In this document: positions 55,003 through 64,000 of the stretch, in pieces | How positions within the stretch are numbered: the stretch's first letter is position 1 | How the letters are laid out: the number at the start of each line of letters is the position of its first letter | DNA from: an uncultured Alphaproteobacteria bacterium | GTDB taxonomy: Bacteria > Pseudomonadota > Alphaproteobacteria > Methylaequorales > Methylaequoraceae | NCBI GenBank assembly: GCA_902590895.1 | Contig: CACIYM010000001.1 | Coordinates: 4,477-68,476 of the forward strand | Length of the DNA: 64,000 nucleotides | Direction of reading: 5' to 3' | The notes under the pieces: model-generated | What the model was told of the DNA's origin: nothing | What the model saw: only the letters and a program-made list of their open reading frames with translations | Database searches by the model: none | Translations under genes and position numbers: made by a program

Positions 55003-56449
55003 GTTTTATCTTTTCAAGGAGTATTTTGCCATTATGAATATTGTTTCTTTTAATTTTAAATTTTACAATTTGACCAACTTTGAAAATATTATCACCAGAT
55101 TTTACTTTTGATTTAAAATTAAAACTTTTTAATCTAGCCAAACCAGAAAATGGATAATCAATCGCTTTTATAAAAATTCCAAAACTCTCCACAGCATCAA
55201 CAAAACCATAAAACTCATATCTAGTTTTTTTTCTTAAATATATACTACATGCTCTTTCCATAATTCTCCTTTCCATATAATCAGCCTTTTTTTCTTGAAG
55301 GTTAAGGTGATCTGAGATCATCAATTTTTTTTTTTTTTGGTTACTAAAATAAGCACCTATTAAATTTCGATGAACAACAAGATCTGAGTATCTTCTTATA
55401 GGTGAGGTAAAGTGAACATAATCATTTATGGACAAACCAAAATGACCTTTATTTTTTTCGTTATAATATGCTTTGGATTGTGATTTAAGTAATATTTCAT
55501 TAAAAAAAAAAAGATTTTTTTTTTTTTTTATTTTTTTTAAAAGATCATTAAAATCTTTTTGATTTTGAAAATTACTTGAAAAATCAATATTATTTTCGTT
55601 AATAATTTTCTTCAAATTAAATATCTTTTCCTTAGATGGCTTTTCATGATTTCTAAATAATGATGTAATTTTATTTGTTTTTAGAAAATTACCAATTACA
55701 GAGTTTGCAAGAACCATAAACTCCTCTATCAATTTATAAGATTGATAACTAACTTTTTTTTTTAAATCAAAATCTTCGTTCGAAGTTAAAATAATTTTAT
55801 ATTCCTCAGAAAAAAAAAAGATTTTTCCTCTCTCCTCTGCCTTTTTTTTTAACATAAAATATGTCTCATATAAATTTGAGATCAAATTAAAATGTTTATT
55901 TCTGATACTTTTTGTTGTGTAAATTTCTTCTACTTCTTTATAAGTAAGTCTAGCGACTGATCTAATAATCGCTCTGTGGATTTTAAAATCTTTAAAATTG
56001 TCGTTTTGAAAATTAACCTCTATTATAATACATTTTCTTTTTTTTTTAGGAACCAATGAGCAAATATCATTCGAAATCTCAGATGGAAACATAGGTATAA
56101 CTCTGTCAGGAAAATAGAAAGAGTTCCCTCTTTTTTTTGCCTCCAAGTCTAAAGGATCGTTTTCTGACACAAAATGACTTACATCTGATATTGCTATCAT
56201 TATTTTTGTTTTTTCTTTTTCATAATTTGCCCATACGGCATCATCAAAATCTTTACTATCTTCGCCATCAATTGTCACAAAAGGTATATCTGTGAAATCC
56301 TTATGTTCGTTAGTTTTTTTTTTTATTATTTTTTTTGTGTACTTAATAAGATTTTTTGAAAACCCCTGTCTTATTGAATTTTGTTTTATTTCTTCTTCAA
56401 TAATATTAAGTAAATTAATTTCTCTTTTTTTTAGTACTTTTTTTTTCAT
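54977..56449 (-). CDS. rnr: RNase R/RNase II-family exoribonuclease, short form (RNB + S1 only)
   Basis: The RNB start motif FVTIDGEDSKDFDDAVWA lies at aa ~57. Has HFTSPIRRYSDLVVHR and a C-terminal S1-like domain (YEFYGFVDAVESFGIFIKA). There is no room for N-terminal cold-shock domains. It overlaps the topA 3' end by 35 nt. Confidence 0.85.
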   Translation of the reverse strand: MKKKVLKKREINLLNIIEEEIKQNSIRQGFSKNLIKYTKKIIKKKTNEHKDFTDIPFVTIDGEDSKDFDDAVWANYEKEKTKIMIAISDVSHFVSENDPLDLEAKKRGNSFYFPDRVIPMFPSEISNDICSLVPKKKRKCIIIEVNFQNDNFKDFKIHRAIIRSVARLTYKEVEEIYTTKSIRNKHFNLISNLYETYFMLKKKAEERGKIFFFSEEYKIILTSNEDFDLKKKVSYQSYKLIEEFMVLANSVIGNFLKTNKITSLFRNHEKPSKEKIFNLKKIINENNIDFSSNFQNQKDFNDLLKKIKKKKNLFFFNEILLKSQSKAYYNEKNKGHFGLSINDYVHFTSPIRRYSDLVVHRNLIGAYFSNQKKKKLMISDHLNLQEKKADYMERRIMERACSIYLRKKTRYEFYGFVDAVESFGIFIKAIDYPFSGLARLKSFNFKSKVKSGDNIFKVGQIVKFKIKRNNIHNGKILLEKIKLVEKNEKF

Positions 56450-58865
56450 TTATGATTTTTATTGCATCCTCAACTGATATAGTTTTACCTTCAAATCCTT
56501 TGGGTAAAGGATAATTTTTTTTATTGTGCGATATATAATCCGATCGTCCCTTAATACCTTTTTTCTTTATTATTTTATTTTTTGTTTCCGGATGAACACC
56601 TATTAGTTCTTCTTTTGTCTCCGAAATCTTTTTATCAATAAGTTCAACAGCTCTATTTATACCAACCTCAGTAACATCATCTTCCTTTAAAGAAATAAAT
56701 TTATTATCATGTTTCAAATATGGACCATATGGACCTATCGATGCAATAATTTCCTTTTTAGTTTCTGGGTGTGTGCCCACAGTTCTGGGTAGAGTTAAAA
56801 AATCAATTGATTTTTCCAGGTTTAGTTCATCATTTGAAACATTTTTTGGAATACTTGAGCGTTTAGTTTTACCTTCAAGTGTTTCAGTTTCTAAATACCT
56901 TCCGTATCTTCCTACCTTTAAATAAATATCTTTATTTGTGACTGGATGAATACCAATATTTTTACCTTCTCCTGATAATTCTTTATTATCTTCATCATCA
57001 CCAATAGCATGACTGTATTTGCATCCATTACCATCTTTTTGATATTTTGTACACCCAATAAAAGGCCCACTGAATGCAAATTTAATTGTAAGTTCTCCAT
57101 CTGAACATTTTGGACATTTTTTTTCTTTAAGAATTTCTGGAGAATATTCGTTAACTTTATTAATTACTTCTGTGATGCTCTTATCCTCAACCTCTTTAAG
57201 AGTTTTATTAAGAATATTTAGGAAATCTCTTAAAATATCTTTCCACTGTAATTTAGATTCAGTAATTTTATCTAATTGTTCTTCAAGCCCTGCTGTAAAT
57301 GCATAGTCTACAAACTGATTAAAAAATCCATCAAGAAATTTTGATAAAATTTTTCCACTGGATGTTGGTATTAATGCTTTATTTTTAATTTGAACATATT
57401 TTCTGTCTTCCAGTTTTGTGAATATCGAAACATAAGTTGATGGTCTTCCTATACCGAGTTCTTCTAATTTTTTAATCAGTCCGGCCTCTGAATATCTATT
57501 TGGTGGTTTTGTAAAATTTTGTTTAATTTCAATCTTTGATTGATTTAATTTATCTTTTAAATTCAATTCTGGGAGTGTTTGTTGATCATCATTCCTATCT
57601 TGATAGTTATAAACAGATTTAAAGCCTTTAAACTTTTCAATAGATCCATTGGCCTTTAATAATACTTCATCACCTTTTATATAATATGTAGTTTCTAAGT
57701 TTATACTAGGTTGCATTTGAGATGCTATTGTTCTTTTCCATATCAAATCGTAAAGTTTATATTGATTGTCACTTAAATATTTTTTTATCTGATCTGGTCT
57801 TTTTTCAAAACTAGTTGGTGTTACTGCTTCATGACCTTGTTGAACAAATTTAGATTTTTCTTTATATACAATTTCTTTTTTTGAAATAAATTCTTCTCCA
57901 AAATTTTTATTTATAAATTTTCTTAGTTTTCTTATTTCACTACTTTTCATTTTATTTGAGTCCGTTCTATGATACGTAATTAGCGCACCCATTGATCCAA
58001 TCCCATCTTTTAATTCTTGTGCAATTGCATTTGTTTGTTTGGGGCTAAATCCTAGTTTTGAGGAAGCGTCTTGGAGAAGTAGAGAATTTGAAAATGGAGA
58101 ATAAGGATTCCTTTTTTTTTCTCTTTTATTAATATTTTCCACAAAAAAGTTTTGATTAGAAATTTTATTTTTTAGATTTTCGGCGATTTTTTTATTGTTT
58201 ATGGAAAGTTTGTCAAACCTTTTTTCTTCATTTGTAACAATTGAACATTTAATTTTATTTTTTTTTATATCTTCTAGTACAATATCAAAATCCCAATACT
58301 CTTGCGGTTTGAAAATATCGATTTCTCTTTCCTTTTCGCATAAGATTTTTAAAGTTGGTGATTGAACCCTTCCAGCAGAGGAACCAAAAATTGTTCTTCT
58401 TTTTGTAATTGGAGAAATTTTGTAGCCAAAAAATCTATCTAAAAACCTTCTCGTGATTGCAGCATTAACCAAATTTTGATTTATTGTTCTTGGGTTTTTA
58501 ATAGCATTTAAAATATCTTCTTTTCTTACAGCAGAAAATTCTATACGTTTAAATTGTTTACCATCAAAAATTTTTTTTTCTTTGCATACCTCAACCAAAT
58601 GCCAAGCTATTAGCTCTCCTTCTCTATCAGGATCTAGCGCCAAAAAAATTTCATCTGATTTTTTTATAGATTTTAAAATGGGATCAACTTTTTTTTTATC
58701 AATTTCCCACTTGCTTACAAAAAAATCATTTTCTTCTTCTATGCCAATGCCACTTCTTGGCAAATCCCTAAAATGACCAATGCTTGCCACAACTTCAAAA
58801 TTATTATCTAAGTAGGCTTTAATAGTATTGGCTTTTGCAGGTGATTCTACAACAAGTAATTTCAT
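56415..58865 (-). CDS. topA: DNA topoisomerase I
   Basis: Has a Toprim N-terminus (MKLLVVESPAKA), the active-site region ITYHRTDS and C-terminal Zn-ribbon/repeat domains (CPKCSDGEL...). I prefer the start at the ATG at 58865; the track uses a TTG at 58895. Confidence 0.95.
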   Translation of the reverse strand: MKLLVVESPAKANTIKAYLDNNFEVVASIGHFRDLPRSGIGIEEENDFFVSKWEIDKKKVDPILKSIKKSDEIFLALDPDREGELIAWHLVEVCKEKKIFDGKQFKRIEFSAVRKEDILNAIKNPRTINQNLVNAAITRRFLDRFFGYKISPITKRRTIFGSSAGRVQSPTLKILCEKEREIDIFKPQEYWDFDIVLEDIKKNKIKCSIVTNEEKRFDKLSINNKKIAENLKNKISNQNFFVENINKREKKRNPYSPFSNSLLLQDASSKLGFSPKQTNAIAQELKDGIGSMGALITYHRTDSNKMKSSEIRKLRKFINKNFGEEFISKKEIVYKEKSKFVQQGHEAVTPTSFEKRPDQIKKYLSDNQYKLYDLIWKRTIASQMQPSINLETTYYIKGDEVLLKANGSIEKFKGFKSVYNYQDRNDDQQTLPELNLKDKLNQSKIEIKQNFTKPPNRYSEAGLIKKLEELGIGRPSTYVSIFTKLEDRKYVQIKNKALIPTSSGKILSKFLDGFFNQFVDYAFTAGLEEQLDKITESKLQWKDILRDFLNILNKTLKEVEDKSITEVINKVNEYSPEILKEKKCPKCSDGELTIKFAFSGPFIGCTKYQKDGNGCKYSHAIGDDEDNKELSGEGKNIGIHPVTNKDIYLKVGRYGRYLETETLEGKTKRSSIPKNVSNDELNLEKSIDFLTLPRTVGTHPETKKEIIASIGPYGPYLKHDNKFISLKEDDVTEVGINRAVELIDKKISETKEELIGVHPETKNKIIKKKGIKGRSDYISHNKKNYPLPKGFEGKTISVEDAIKIINEKKSTKKKRN

Positions 58866-58905
58866 AATGAAAATACCTATATTTTTAAAAAACAAATGTC
58901 AAAAT

Positions 58906-59502
58906 TTAATTTTTTTTTTTCAAATTTATTTTTGATTCTTCACCTTTAAATAGTCTTTGAATGTTCTCTTTGTGTTTATATGTTATGAGAAGAGTTATAA
59001 TTACGAATACAATTTTTTGTTCGTAAAAACCTATGACTAAAATAATATTTATAAGTAAAGCCGTTAAAGCAGATAAAGATGAGTATTTAAATAATATTGA
59101 GACTAATATCCATGTTATTGAAAAACAAAAAAATAAAAAAAGATCATAACCTAGAAGAATTCCTATAAGCGCTGCAACTCCTTTTCCACCCCTAAACTTC
59201 AGCCATACAGGATATAGATGCCCAAAAATCACTCCGAAAATTGCAAAAACTATAATCTCTTGTTGATTAAAAATTAAAAGCAATTTTATTGGAATAAACC
59301 CTTTTGTGATATCAAATACTAAAGTAATAAATCCAATTTTCCATCCACCGATTCTTAACATATTGGTTGCACCAATATTTTTCGATCCAAAATGTCTTGG
59401 ATCATTTTTTTTTGTTATTTTAGATATTAGAAGTCCAAATGGAATTGAGCCAATAAAATAACAAATAATTAAAATAAAAAAAGAATTATAATCTGTAAAC
59501 AA
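58906..59502 (-). CDS. plsY: glycerol-3-phosphate acyltransferase PlsY
   Basis: 198-aa polytopic protein with GSIPFGLL, GSKNIGATN and FRGGKGVA. Confidence 0.9.
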   Translation of the reverse strand: MFTDYNSFFILIICYFIGSIPFGLLISKITKKNDPRHFGSKNIGATNMLRIGGWKIGFITLVFDITKGFIPIKLLLIFNQQEIIVFAIFGVIFGHLYPVWLKFRGGKGVAALIGILLGYDLFLFFCFSITWILVSILFKYSSLSALTALLINIILVIGFYEQKIVFVIITLLITYKHKENIQRLFKGEESKINLKKKN

Positions 59503-60811
59503 GTCTACCCCTTACAAATGTCATTATGTTTTTTCCTTCAACAAGCATTCCGTCGAAAGGTGTATTTTTTGACTTTCCAAAAAATGATTCTGGATTAATT
59601 TTCCAGGGTTTAGATAAATCAAATACTGATATATCTGCCTCTGATTTTTCATTTATTATCCCATAATCTAGATTTAAAATTTTTGCTGGATTTACCGTTA
59701 GAAGTTTCAATAATTTTTCAACGCTAATATACTTATTTTTTACAAGATTTAAAGAAAGTGATAACAATGTTTCCAAACCAACTCCACCGAATTCTGCTTG
59801 ATTAAACGGTAATCTCTTTGCATCTTGGTCTTGCGGTGTGTGATCAGATGAAATGGCATCAATAGTTCCATCGCATATACCTTCAATTATTGATAATCTA
59901 TCTTCTTCACCTCTCAGTGGAGGGTTTAATTTTGAAAATGTTCTGTAATCTTCAAGGCTTAATTCGTTGAGTGTGAAGTATGGCGGAGAAGTATCACAGG
60001 TAACTGGTAAACCAAGTTTTTTTGCTTTTCTTATTATTTCAACTGTTTCCTTTGTTGAAATATGGTTTACATGATATCTACATTTAGTTTCTTTCACTAA
60101 CCATAAGTCTCTCTCTACTATCATAGGTTCTGCATAGCTAGGGATTCCCTTTAAACCCATTCTAGTTGCTGTCTCAGATTCATTAACAACACCATTAGCA
60201 CTAAGATTGTGTTCCTCTGCATGTTGAATAATTAGTCCGTCAAAAGATTTTGCATAATTCAATGCTCTTCTCATTACCCTAGTATTTTCTATTGACTTTA
60301 TTCCATCAGTAAAACCTACAGCACCAGATTGCTTCATTAGATGCAACTCACAAATTTCTTCGCCTTTAAAGTTTCTTGTAATGCAACCGGTACAAAAAAC
60401 TTTACTTAACGCAACTTCGCGAGCCTTTCTCTGAATGCTATGGATTATTGCTGGTTGATCTATTGGAGGTATTGTATTAGGCATACATATCAAAGAAGTA
60501 ATTCCACCGCTAGCCGCAGACATAGATGCGCTTTTTATTGTTTCCTTATGTTCGTGACCAGGTTCAGAAATATTAACTCTCATATCAATTAATCCAGGTG
60601 ATATGAAAAGATTTTTGCAATCAATTATTTCAGTATCTTCATCAACGATTTTTGAGAGGTTTTTTCCAATTTTTTCAACAACTTTATTTTTAATGTATAA
60701 ATCTTCTTTAATAATTCTGTTTTTAATTACGTCTATTATTGAGCCATTTTTAAGTAAATATTTTTTTGATATTTTTTTATCACTATTGAAAGGATTATCT
60801 TTTTTAATCAT
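59486..60811 (-). CDS. pyrC: dihydroorotase-like protein lacking the HxH metal site (PyrC'-type, probably non-catalytic ATCase partner)
   Basis: Type I DHOase fold ([18 protein letters not shown]...[30 protein letters not shown]). The canonical D-x-H-x-H reads D-M-R-V-N. It overlaps pyrB by 8 nt. Confidence 0.8.
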   Translation of the reverse strand: MIKKDNPFNSDKKISKKYLLKNGSIIDVIKNRIIKEDLYIKNKVVEKIGKNLSKIVDEDTEIIDCKNLFISPGLIDMRVNISEPGHEHKETIKSASMSAASGGITSLICMPNTIPPIDQPAIIHSIQRKAREVALSKVFCTGCITRNFKGEEICELHLMKQSGAVGFTDGIKSIENTRVMRRALNYAKSFDGLIIQHAEEHNLSANGVVNESETATRMGLKGIPSYAEPMIVERDLWLVKETKCRYHVNHISTKETVEIIRKAKKLGLPVTCDTSPPYFTLNELSLEDYRTFSKLNPPLRGEEDRLSIIEGICDGTIDAISSDHTPQDQDAKRLPFNQAEFGGVGLETLLSLSLNLVKNKYISVEKLLKLLTVNPAKILNLDYGIINEKSEADISVFDLSKPWKINPESFFGKSKNTPFDGMLVEGKNIMTFVRGRLVYRL

Positions 60812-61766
60812 TTGCTTTCAATTTGTGATCTATTATGGCTTTTAAACATGCCATTCTCACAGCAACACCCATTTGAACTTGTTCAAATATTGCTGATCTA
60901 TCAATATCATCCGCTAACTCTGAATCTATTTCTACACCTCTATTCATTGGACCTGGGTGAAGAATCAGTGCATCAGGGTTTGCAAAATTAAGCTTTTCTC
61001 TATCTAATCCATAAAACCTAAAGTATTCTCTAATGGATGGAACAAAAGAACCTGACATTCTTTCAAGTTGTAGTCTTAACATAATAATTATATCAACATC
61101 TTTTAAACCACTTTTCATATCGTAAAATATGTTTACACCCAGAGATTCTATACCTTTTGGAATTAATGTTGCTGGTGCTATTACCCTAACTTCTGCCCCA
61201 AGAGTATTTAACAAGTGAATATTAGATCTAGCAACTCTACTGTGCATAATATCACCGCAAATAGCTATTTTGAGCCCCGAGATTTTTTTCTTTCTTTTTA
61301 AAATTGTTAATGCATCTAATAGTGCTTGAGTTGGGTGTTCGTGTGGTCCATCTCCAGCATTAATAACTCCACAGTTCACTTTTTCAGACAGAAGTTTTAC
61401 CGCACCTGCATCATGGTGTCTAACAACAAGGATGTCAGGTTGCATAGCATTTAACGTCATTGCTGTATCTATTAAAGTTTCACCTTTTTTTATCGAACTT
61501 GTTCCTACAGAAATGTTTAACATATCAGCTCCAAGCTTCTTTCCTGCAAGCTCGAAGGATGTTCTAGTTCTAGTAGAATTTTCAAAAAAGAGATTGATAC
61601 AAATCTTATTTTTAAGAATATCTAATTTTCCATTTTTTTTATTATTTAGGTAATCGACATAATTATTGGACGATTTAAGTAAAAAGTTAATGGAAGTTGG
61701 GAGAAGCCCCTCAATGCCGAGTAGATGCTTGTGAGGATAGCTATTGATTAATTCGTCCTCTGTCAT
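60804..61766 (-). CDS. pyrB: aspartate carbamoyltransferase catalytic subunit
   Basis: Has [19 protein letters not shown] and LHPGPMNRG. Confidence 0.95.
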   Translation of the reverse strand: MTEDELINSYPHKHLLGIEGLLPTSINFLLKSSNNYVDYLNNKKNGKLDILKNKICINLFFENSTRTRTSFELAGKKLGADMLNISVGTSSIKKGETLIDTAMTLNAMQPDILVVRHHDAGAVKLLSEKVNCGVINAGDGPHEHPTQALLDALTILKRKKKISGLKIAICGDIMHSRVARSNIHLLNTLGAEVRVIAPATLIPKGIESLGVNIFYDMKSGLKDVDIIIMLRLQLERMSGSFVPSIREYFRFYGLDREKLNFANPDALILHPGPMNRGVEIDSELADDIDRSAIFEQVQMGVAVRMACLKAIIDHKLKAND

Positions 61767-61812
61767 TAAAACTGAATACTACACTTTTAAAAATAATCTT
61801 CAACCTACTTCT

Positions 61813-63036
61813 TCAAATTATCTTATTCAATTTTAATTTTTTTAAACCTTCTGCACTAATTTTTAGAAATTTCTTTAAAAATAATTCTGTATCCTCACCT
61901 AAAACGGGAGGAGCTTTTTTATATTTTATATTTGACACTGAAAATTTAATTGGATTAGCAATAAGATCAATCAATTGCTTTGATTTTTTATGTTTCATCT
62001 TTATTTTCATTTTCCTGGATTTGACTTGGGGGTCGTCAAACACTTGACTAATATCGTTTATTGGACCGCAAGGCACATTCACATTCGTTAAGCCGTCTAC
62101 CCAATACTCAATATTTTTTTGTTTAATTATTTTATTAATTATTTTGTTAAGACTTTTTCTATTTTTTACTCTAAGTGAGTTGTTTTTATATTTTGGATCA
62201 TTATGAAGATCATCTAATTTGGAAAATTTACAAAAGTTCTTAAATTGTCTGTCATTTGCTATGGCTAGTACCATTAATCCATTTTTTGCCTTAACAGTTT
62301 GATAAGGAACAATTGAAGGATGGTCATTTCCAATTCTTTTTGGAGTAATTCCGGATGTTAAATAACCTTGCGCAACATAACTTAACCAAGATACTTGTGA
62401 GTCCATTAAAGAAATGTCTATGTGTTGACCTTTAGAGGTAATATCTCTGTATTTTAAAGCTGATAAAATCGAAATACATGCATACAAACCCGTAATAATA
62501 TCCGAAACACCAACACCAATTTTAGTAGGTTGTCCTTTTCGCTCCCCCGTAATACTCATTATTCCACCCATTGCTTGGACTAAGTAATCATATCCACCTC
62601 TTTTTGAATATGGACCAGTTTGACCAAATCCAGTAATTGAACAGTAGATTATTTTTGGATTTATTTTTTTTATACTTTTATAATCTAGCCCATATTGTTT
62701 TAAATTTCCCGCTCTAAAGTTTTCTACTAAAACGTCACACTTTTTTATAATTTTTTTAGCAAGTTTTTGTCCTTCCTGTTTTGTTAAATCAATTGTGACA
62801 GAATTCTTATTTCTATTTACACTCAGAAAATACGAACTTTCTTGTGGAGATTTTGAAGAACTATCTAAGTAAGGTGGTCCAAGATTTCTTGAATCGTCAC
62901 CTGAATTTGGCCTTTCAACTTTAATTATGTTTGCCCCGAGATCTCCAAGTATTTGAGTTGATGTGGGCCCAGCTAAAACCCGTGTGAGATCAAAAACATT
63001 AATGCCATGAAGAGGTTCAGTAATTTTTTTTTTCAT
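61813..63036 (-). CDS. family III CoA-transferase (CaiB/BaiF/Frc-like)
   Basis: 407 aa. The N-terminus is LHGINVFDLTRVLAGPTSTQILGDLGANIIKVERP... Also has GYDYLVQAMGGIMSITG and VGVSDIITGLYA. The substrate is not assignable. Confidence 0.8.
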   Translation of the reverse strand: MKKKITEPLHGINVFDLTRVLAGPTSTQILGDLGANIIKVERPNSGDDSRNLGPPYLDSSSKSPQESSYFLSVNRNKNSVTIDLTKQEGQKLAKKIIKKCDVLVENFRAGNLKQYGLDYKSIKKINPKIIYCSITGFGQTGPYSKRGGYDYLVQAMGGIMSITGERKGQPTKIGVGVSDIITGLYACISILSALKYRDITSKGQHIDISLMDSQVSWLSYVAQGYLTSGITPKRIGNDHPSIVPYQTVKAKNGLMVLAIANDRQFKNFCKFSKLDDLHNDPKYKNNSLRVKNRKSLNKIINKIIKQKNIEYWVDGLTNVNVPCGPINDISQVFDDPQVKSRKMKIKMKHKKSKQLIDLIANPIKFSVSNIKYKKAPPVLGEDTELFLKKFLKISAEGLKKLKLNKII

Positions 63037-63496
63037 TTAAATTTTCGTTAAAAAAATCATCCAGTATTAACTTTGCCGCAAACTTATCTATATGTCTATT
63101 TTGTTCTTTTGAATTTTTAAAAAAATCTTTTGTTATATCTTCGGCTTCAAAACTAGTATAACTTTCATCCCAAAAAAAAATAGGTATATCATTATTATTT
63201 TCTAATAAAAATTTATCAATATTTTTCCCAACATCCCTAATCATTTGGCACATTTTATTTTTGTCACTGTTAGTGATTGGTAATCCAATTAAAATACCTC
63301 CAATGTTAAAGTCAGTTATAATCAACAGAAGATTATCTAAGTAATTTTTATCTTTTTTTAAAACATCCAGAGGATTGACTATTTTATGATTGGGATCGGA
63401 TATAGCTAAACCAATTTTTTTTTTCCCCATATCCAAAGCTAAGATTTTTCTAGTTTTAGTTTTTTCTAAAAACTCTTTTATATTGCGAATTAACAT
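63017..63496 (-). CDS. ruvX: Holliday-junction-resolvase-like nuclease YqgF/RuvX
   Basis: Has ILALDMGKKKIGLAISD, GLP and WDESYTSFEAE. Confidence 0.85.
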   Translation of the reverse strand: MLIRNIKEFLEKTKTRKILALDMGKKKIGLAISDPNHKIVNPLDVLKKDKNYLDNLLLIITDFNIGGILIGLPITNSDKNKMCQMIRDVGKNIDKFLLENNNDIPIFFWDESYTSFEAEDITKDFFKNSKEQNRHIDKFAAKLILDDFFNENLNEKKNY

Positions 63497-63544
63497 ACCT
63501 AGTGTTATTTATACATAAAGTTTATTAAAGAAAAATCATTATTT

Positions 63545-63832
63545 ATGTCTATTGATAATTCTATTGTTAGAAAAGTTGGAAAGCTCGCTAAAATAAAGAT
63601 TAAAGAATCTGAGGAAAATAAGCTTCTTGATGAGCTCAATAATATACTTGGATGGGTGGATGAGTTAAAAAAAGTTGATACTGAAGGAGTTGAACCAATG
63701 CTTTCAGTTTTTAATGAGTCTATGAATATGAGAGAGGATAAATCAGACTCAAAATTTTCAAATAATTTGATAACTAAAAATTCTCCTGAAAAAAAAGCTG
63801 GTTTCTTTGTTGTTCCGAAGGTAGTTGAGTGA
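63545..63832 (+). CDS. gatC: Asp/Glu-tRNA amidotransferase subunit C
   Basis: 95 aa with LAKIKIKESEENKL..ELNNILGWVDELKKVDT and a FFVVPKVVE end. Followed by gatA. Confidence 0.9.
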   Translation: MSIDNSIVRKVGKLAKIKIKESEENKLLDELNNILGWVDELKKVDTEGVEPMLSVFNESMNMREDKSDSKFSNNLITKNSPEKKAGFFVVPKVVE

Positions 63833-64000
63833 CAGATTTTTCAGCTATAGATATTACTGAAGCCAAAAAGCTTCTATCTCAAAAACAAATTACCGCGACT
63901 GAATTGACTGAATTCTTTATTAAACAGATCGAAGAAAAAAAGGAGTTGAATTGTTTTATTACAAATACCTTTGATATTGCCTTAAAAATGGCAAAAGAAT
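63829..64000 (+). CDS. gatA: Asp/Glu-tRNA amidotransferase subunit A (partial, 5' end only)
   Basis: My own translation from the GTG at 63829 (GTGA overlap with the gatC stop) is VTDFSAIDITEAKKLLSQKQITATELTEFFIKQIEEKKELNCFITNTFDIALKMAKE. This is a typical GatA N-terminus. The frame runs off the right edge. Confidence 0.85.
   Translation, partial: MTDFSAIDITEAKKLLSQKQITATELTEFFIKQIEEKKELNCFITNTFDIALKMAKE

Noticed and set aside
55515-55529. A T15 run inside rnr, and numerous A/T runs of 10-12 nt inside other CDS, considered as possible phase-variation switches.
   Set aside because: The runs translate in frame as Lys (or Phe) stretches within otherwise intact, essential genes. They occur throughout the window, which is consistent with mutational AT-bias rather than with targeted contingency loci. 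Only the intergenic T19A7 tract was kept as a finding.
1876-62000. Many other 60-135-aa ORFs in the track lie antisense to, or out of frame within, large conserved genes. Examples are 1876..2118, 3789..3998, 5286..5591, 6015..6236, 8587..9301, 9797..10701, 10726..11722, 15438..15722, 20321..20734, 35739..36122, 46589..47155 and 61432..61653.
   Set aside because: Each is fully contained in a gene with strong family motifs on the other strand or frame. They have biased F/L/S/I composition and lack start contexts. Long antisense ORFs are expected in AT-rich DNA, where stop codons are depleted opposite K/N/E-rich frames.
1-64000. A search for rRNA and tRNA genes, CRISPR arrays, transposases, integrases, phage genes, toxin-antitoxin pairs and defence islands.
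   Set aside because: I saw no tRNA-like T-arm (GGTTCGAATCC-type) sequences, no GC-rich structured-RNA islands and no spaced direct repeats. I saw no ORFs with transposase, integrase or nuclease-defence motifs. Every sizeable ORF is accounted for by flagellar or housekeeping functions.

Overview
This is a very AT-rich, tightly packed chromosome segment. Many genes overlap by 1-35 nt, several convergent genes share stop regions, and there is almost no intergenic DNA. The housekeeping synteny looks alphaproteobacterial: plsY-pyrC'-pyrB, topA-rnr-DUF983-rpmG, rpsF-rpsR-membrane protein-rplI, DUF2794, and ruvX-gatCA.

The left 16 kb is a colinear minus-strand flagellar export and basal-body cluster. 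It reads activator-fliEFGHIJ, then fliKLMN, then fliOPQR-flhB, followed by three overlapping unknown genes. The cluster is headed by two divergently transcribed sigma54 enhancer-binding proteins with complementary truncated architectures. One has a degenerate REC-like domain plus AAA+ but no HTH; the other has AAA+ plus HTH but no sensor domain. No kinase gene is adjacent. I could read four sigma54-type GG-N10-GC promoters directly, in front of the operon heads. This kinase-less split-activator sigma54 flagellar regulon, together with the uncharacterised post-flhB trio, is the most interesting system here.

The remaining 48 kb is core metabolism and envelope:
- trhO, marC-family, yfgM-like/bamB/der
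- a Tat-exported flavocytochrome c sulfide dehydrogenase pair
- purF/cvpA, mlaEF, alr, dnaB
- rpsF-rpsR-rplI, fabD-fabG-acpP-fabF-mltG-gmk
- rsmA-pdxA-surA-lptD-lptG-lptF, pepA-holC, ndk
- purN-purM, hda, rnd, aspS, rpmG, rnr, topA
- plsY, pyrC', pyrB, a family III CoA-transferase, ruvX, gatC and gatA

I saw no rRNA or tRNA genes, CRISPR arrays, transposases or phage genes.

Other observations:
- purM has a conserved N-terminus with no canonical start codon.
- Two genes are missing from the ORF track: DUF1289 and rpmG.
- The dihydroorotase homologue lacks the HxH metal motif.
- Ribosomal protein L9 carries a long C-terminal extension.
- A T19A7 tract lies in the regulator intergenic region.

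All calls rest on reading motifs and translations by eye. No database search or computation was run.
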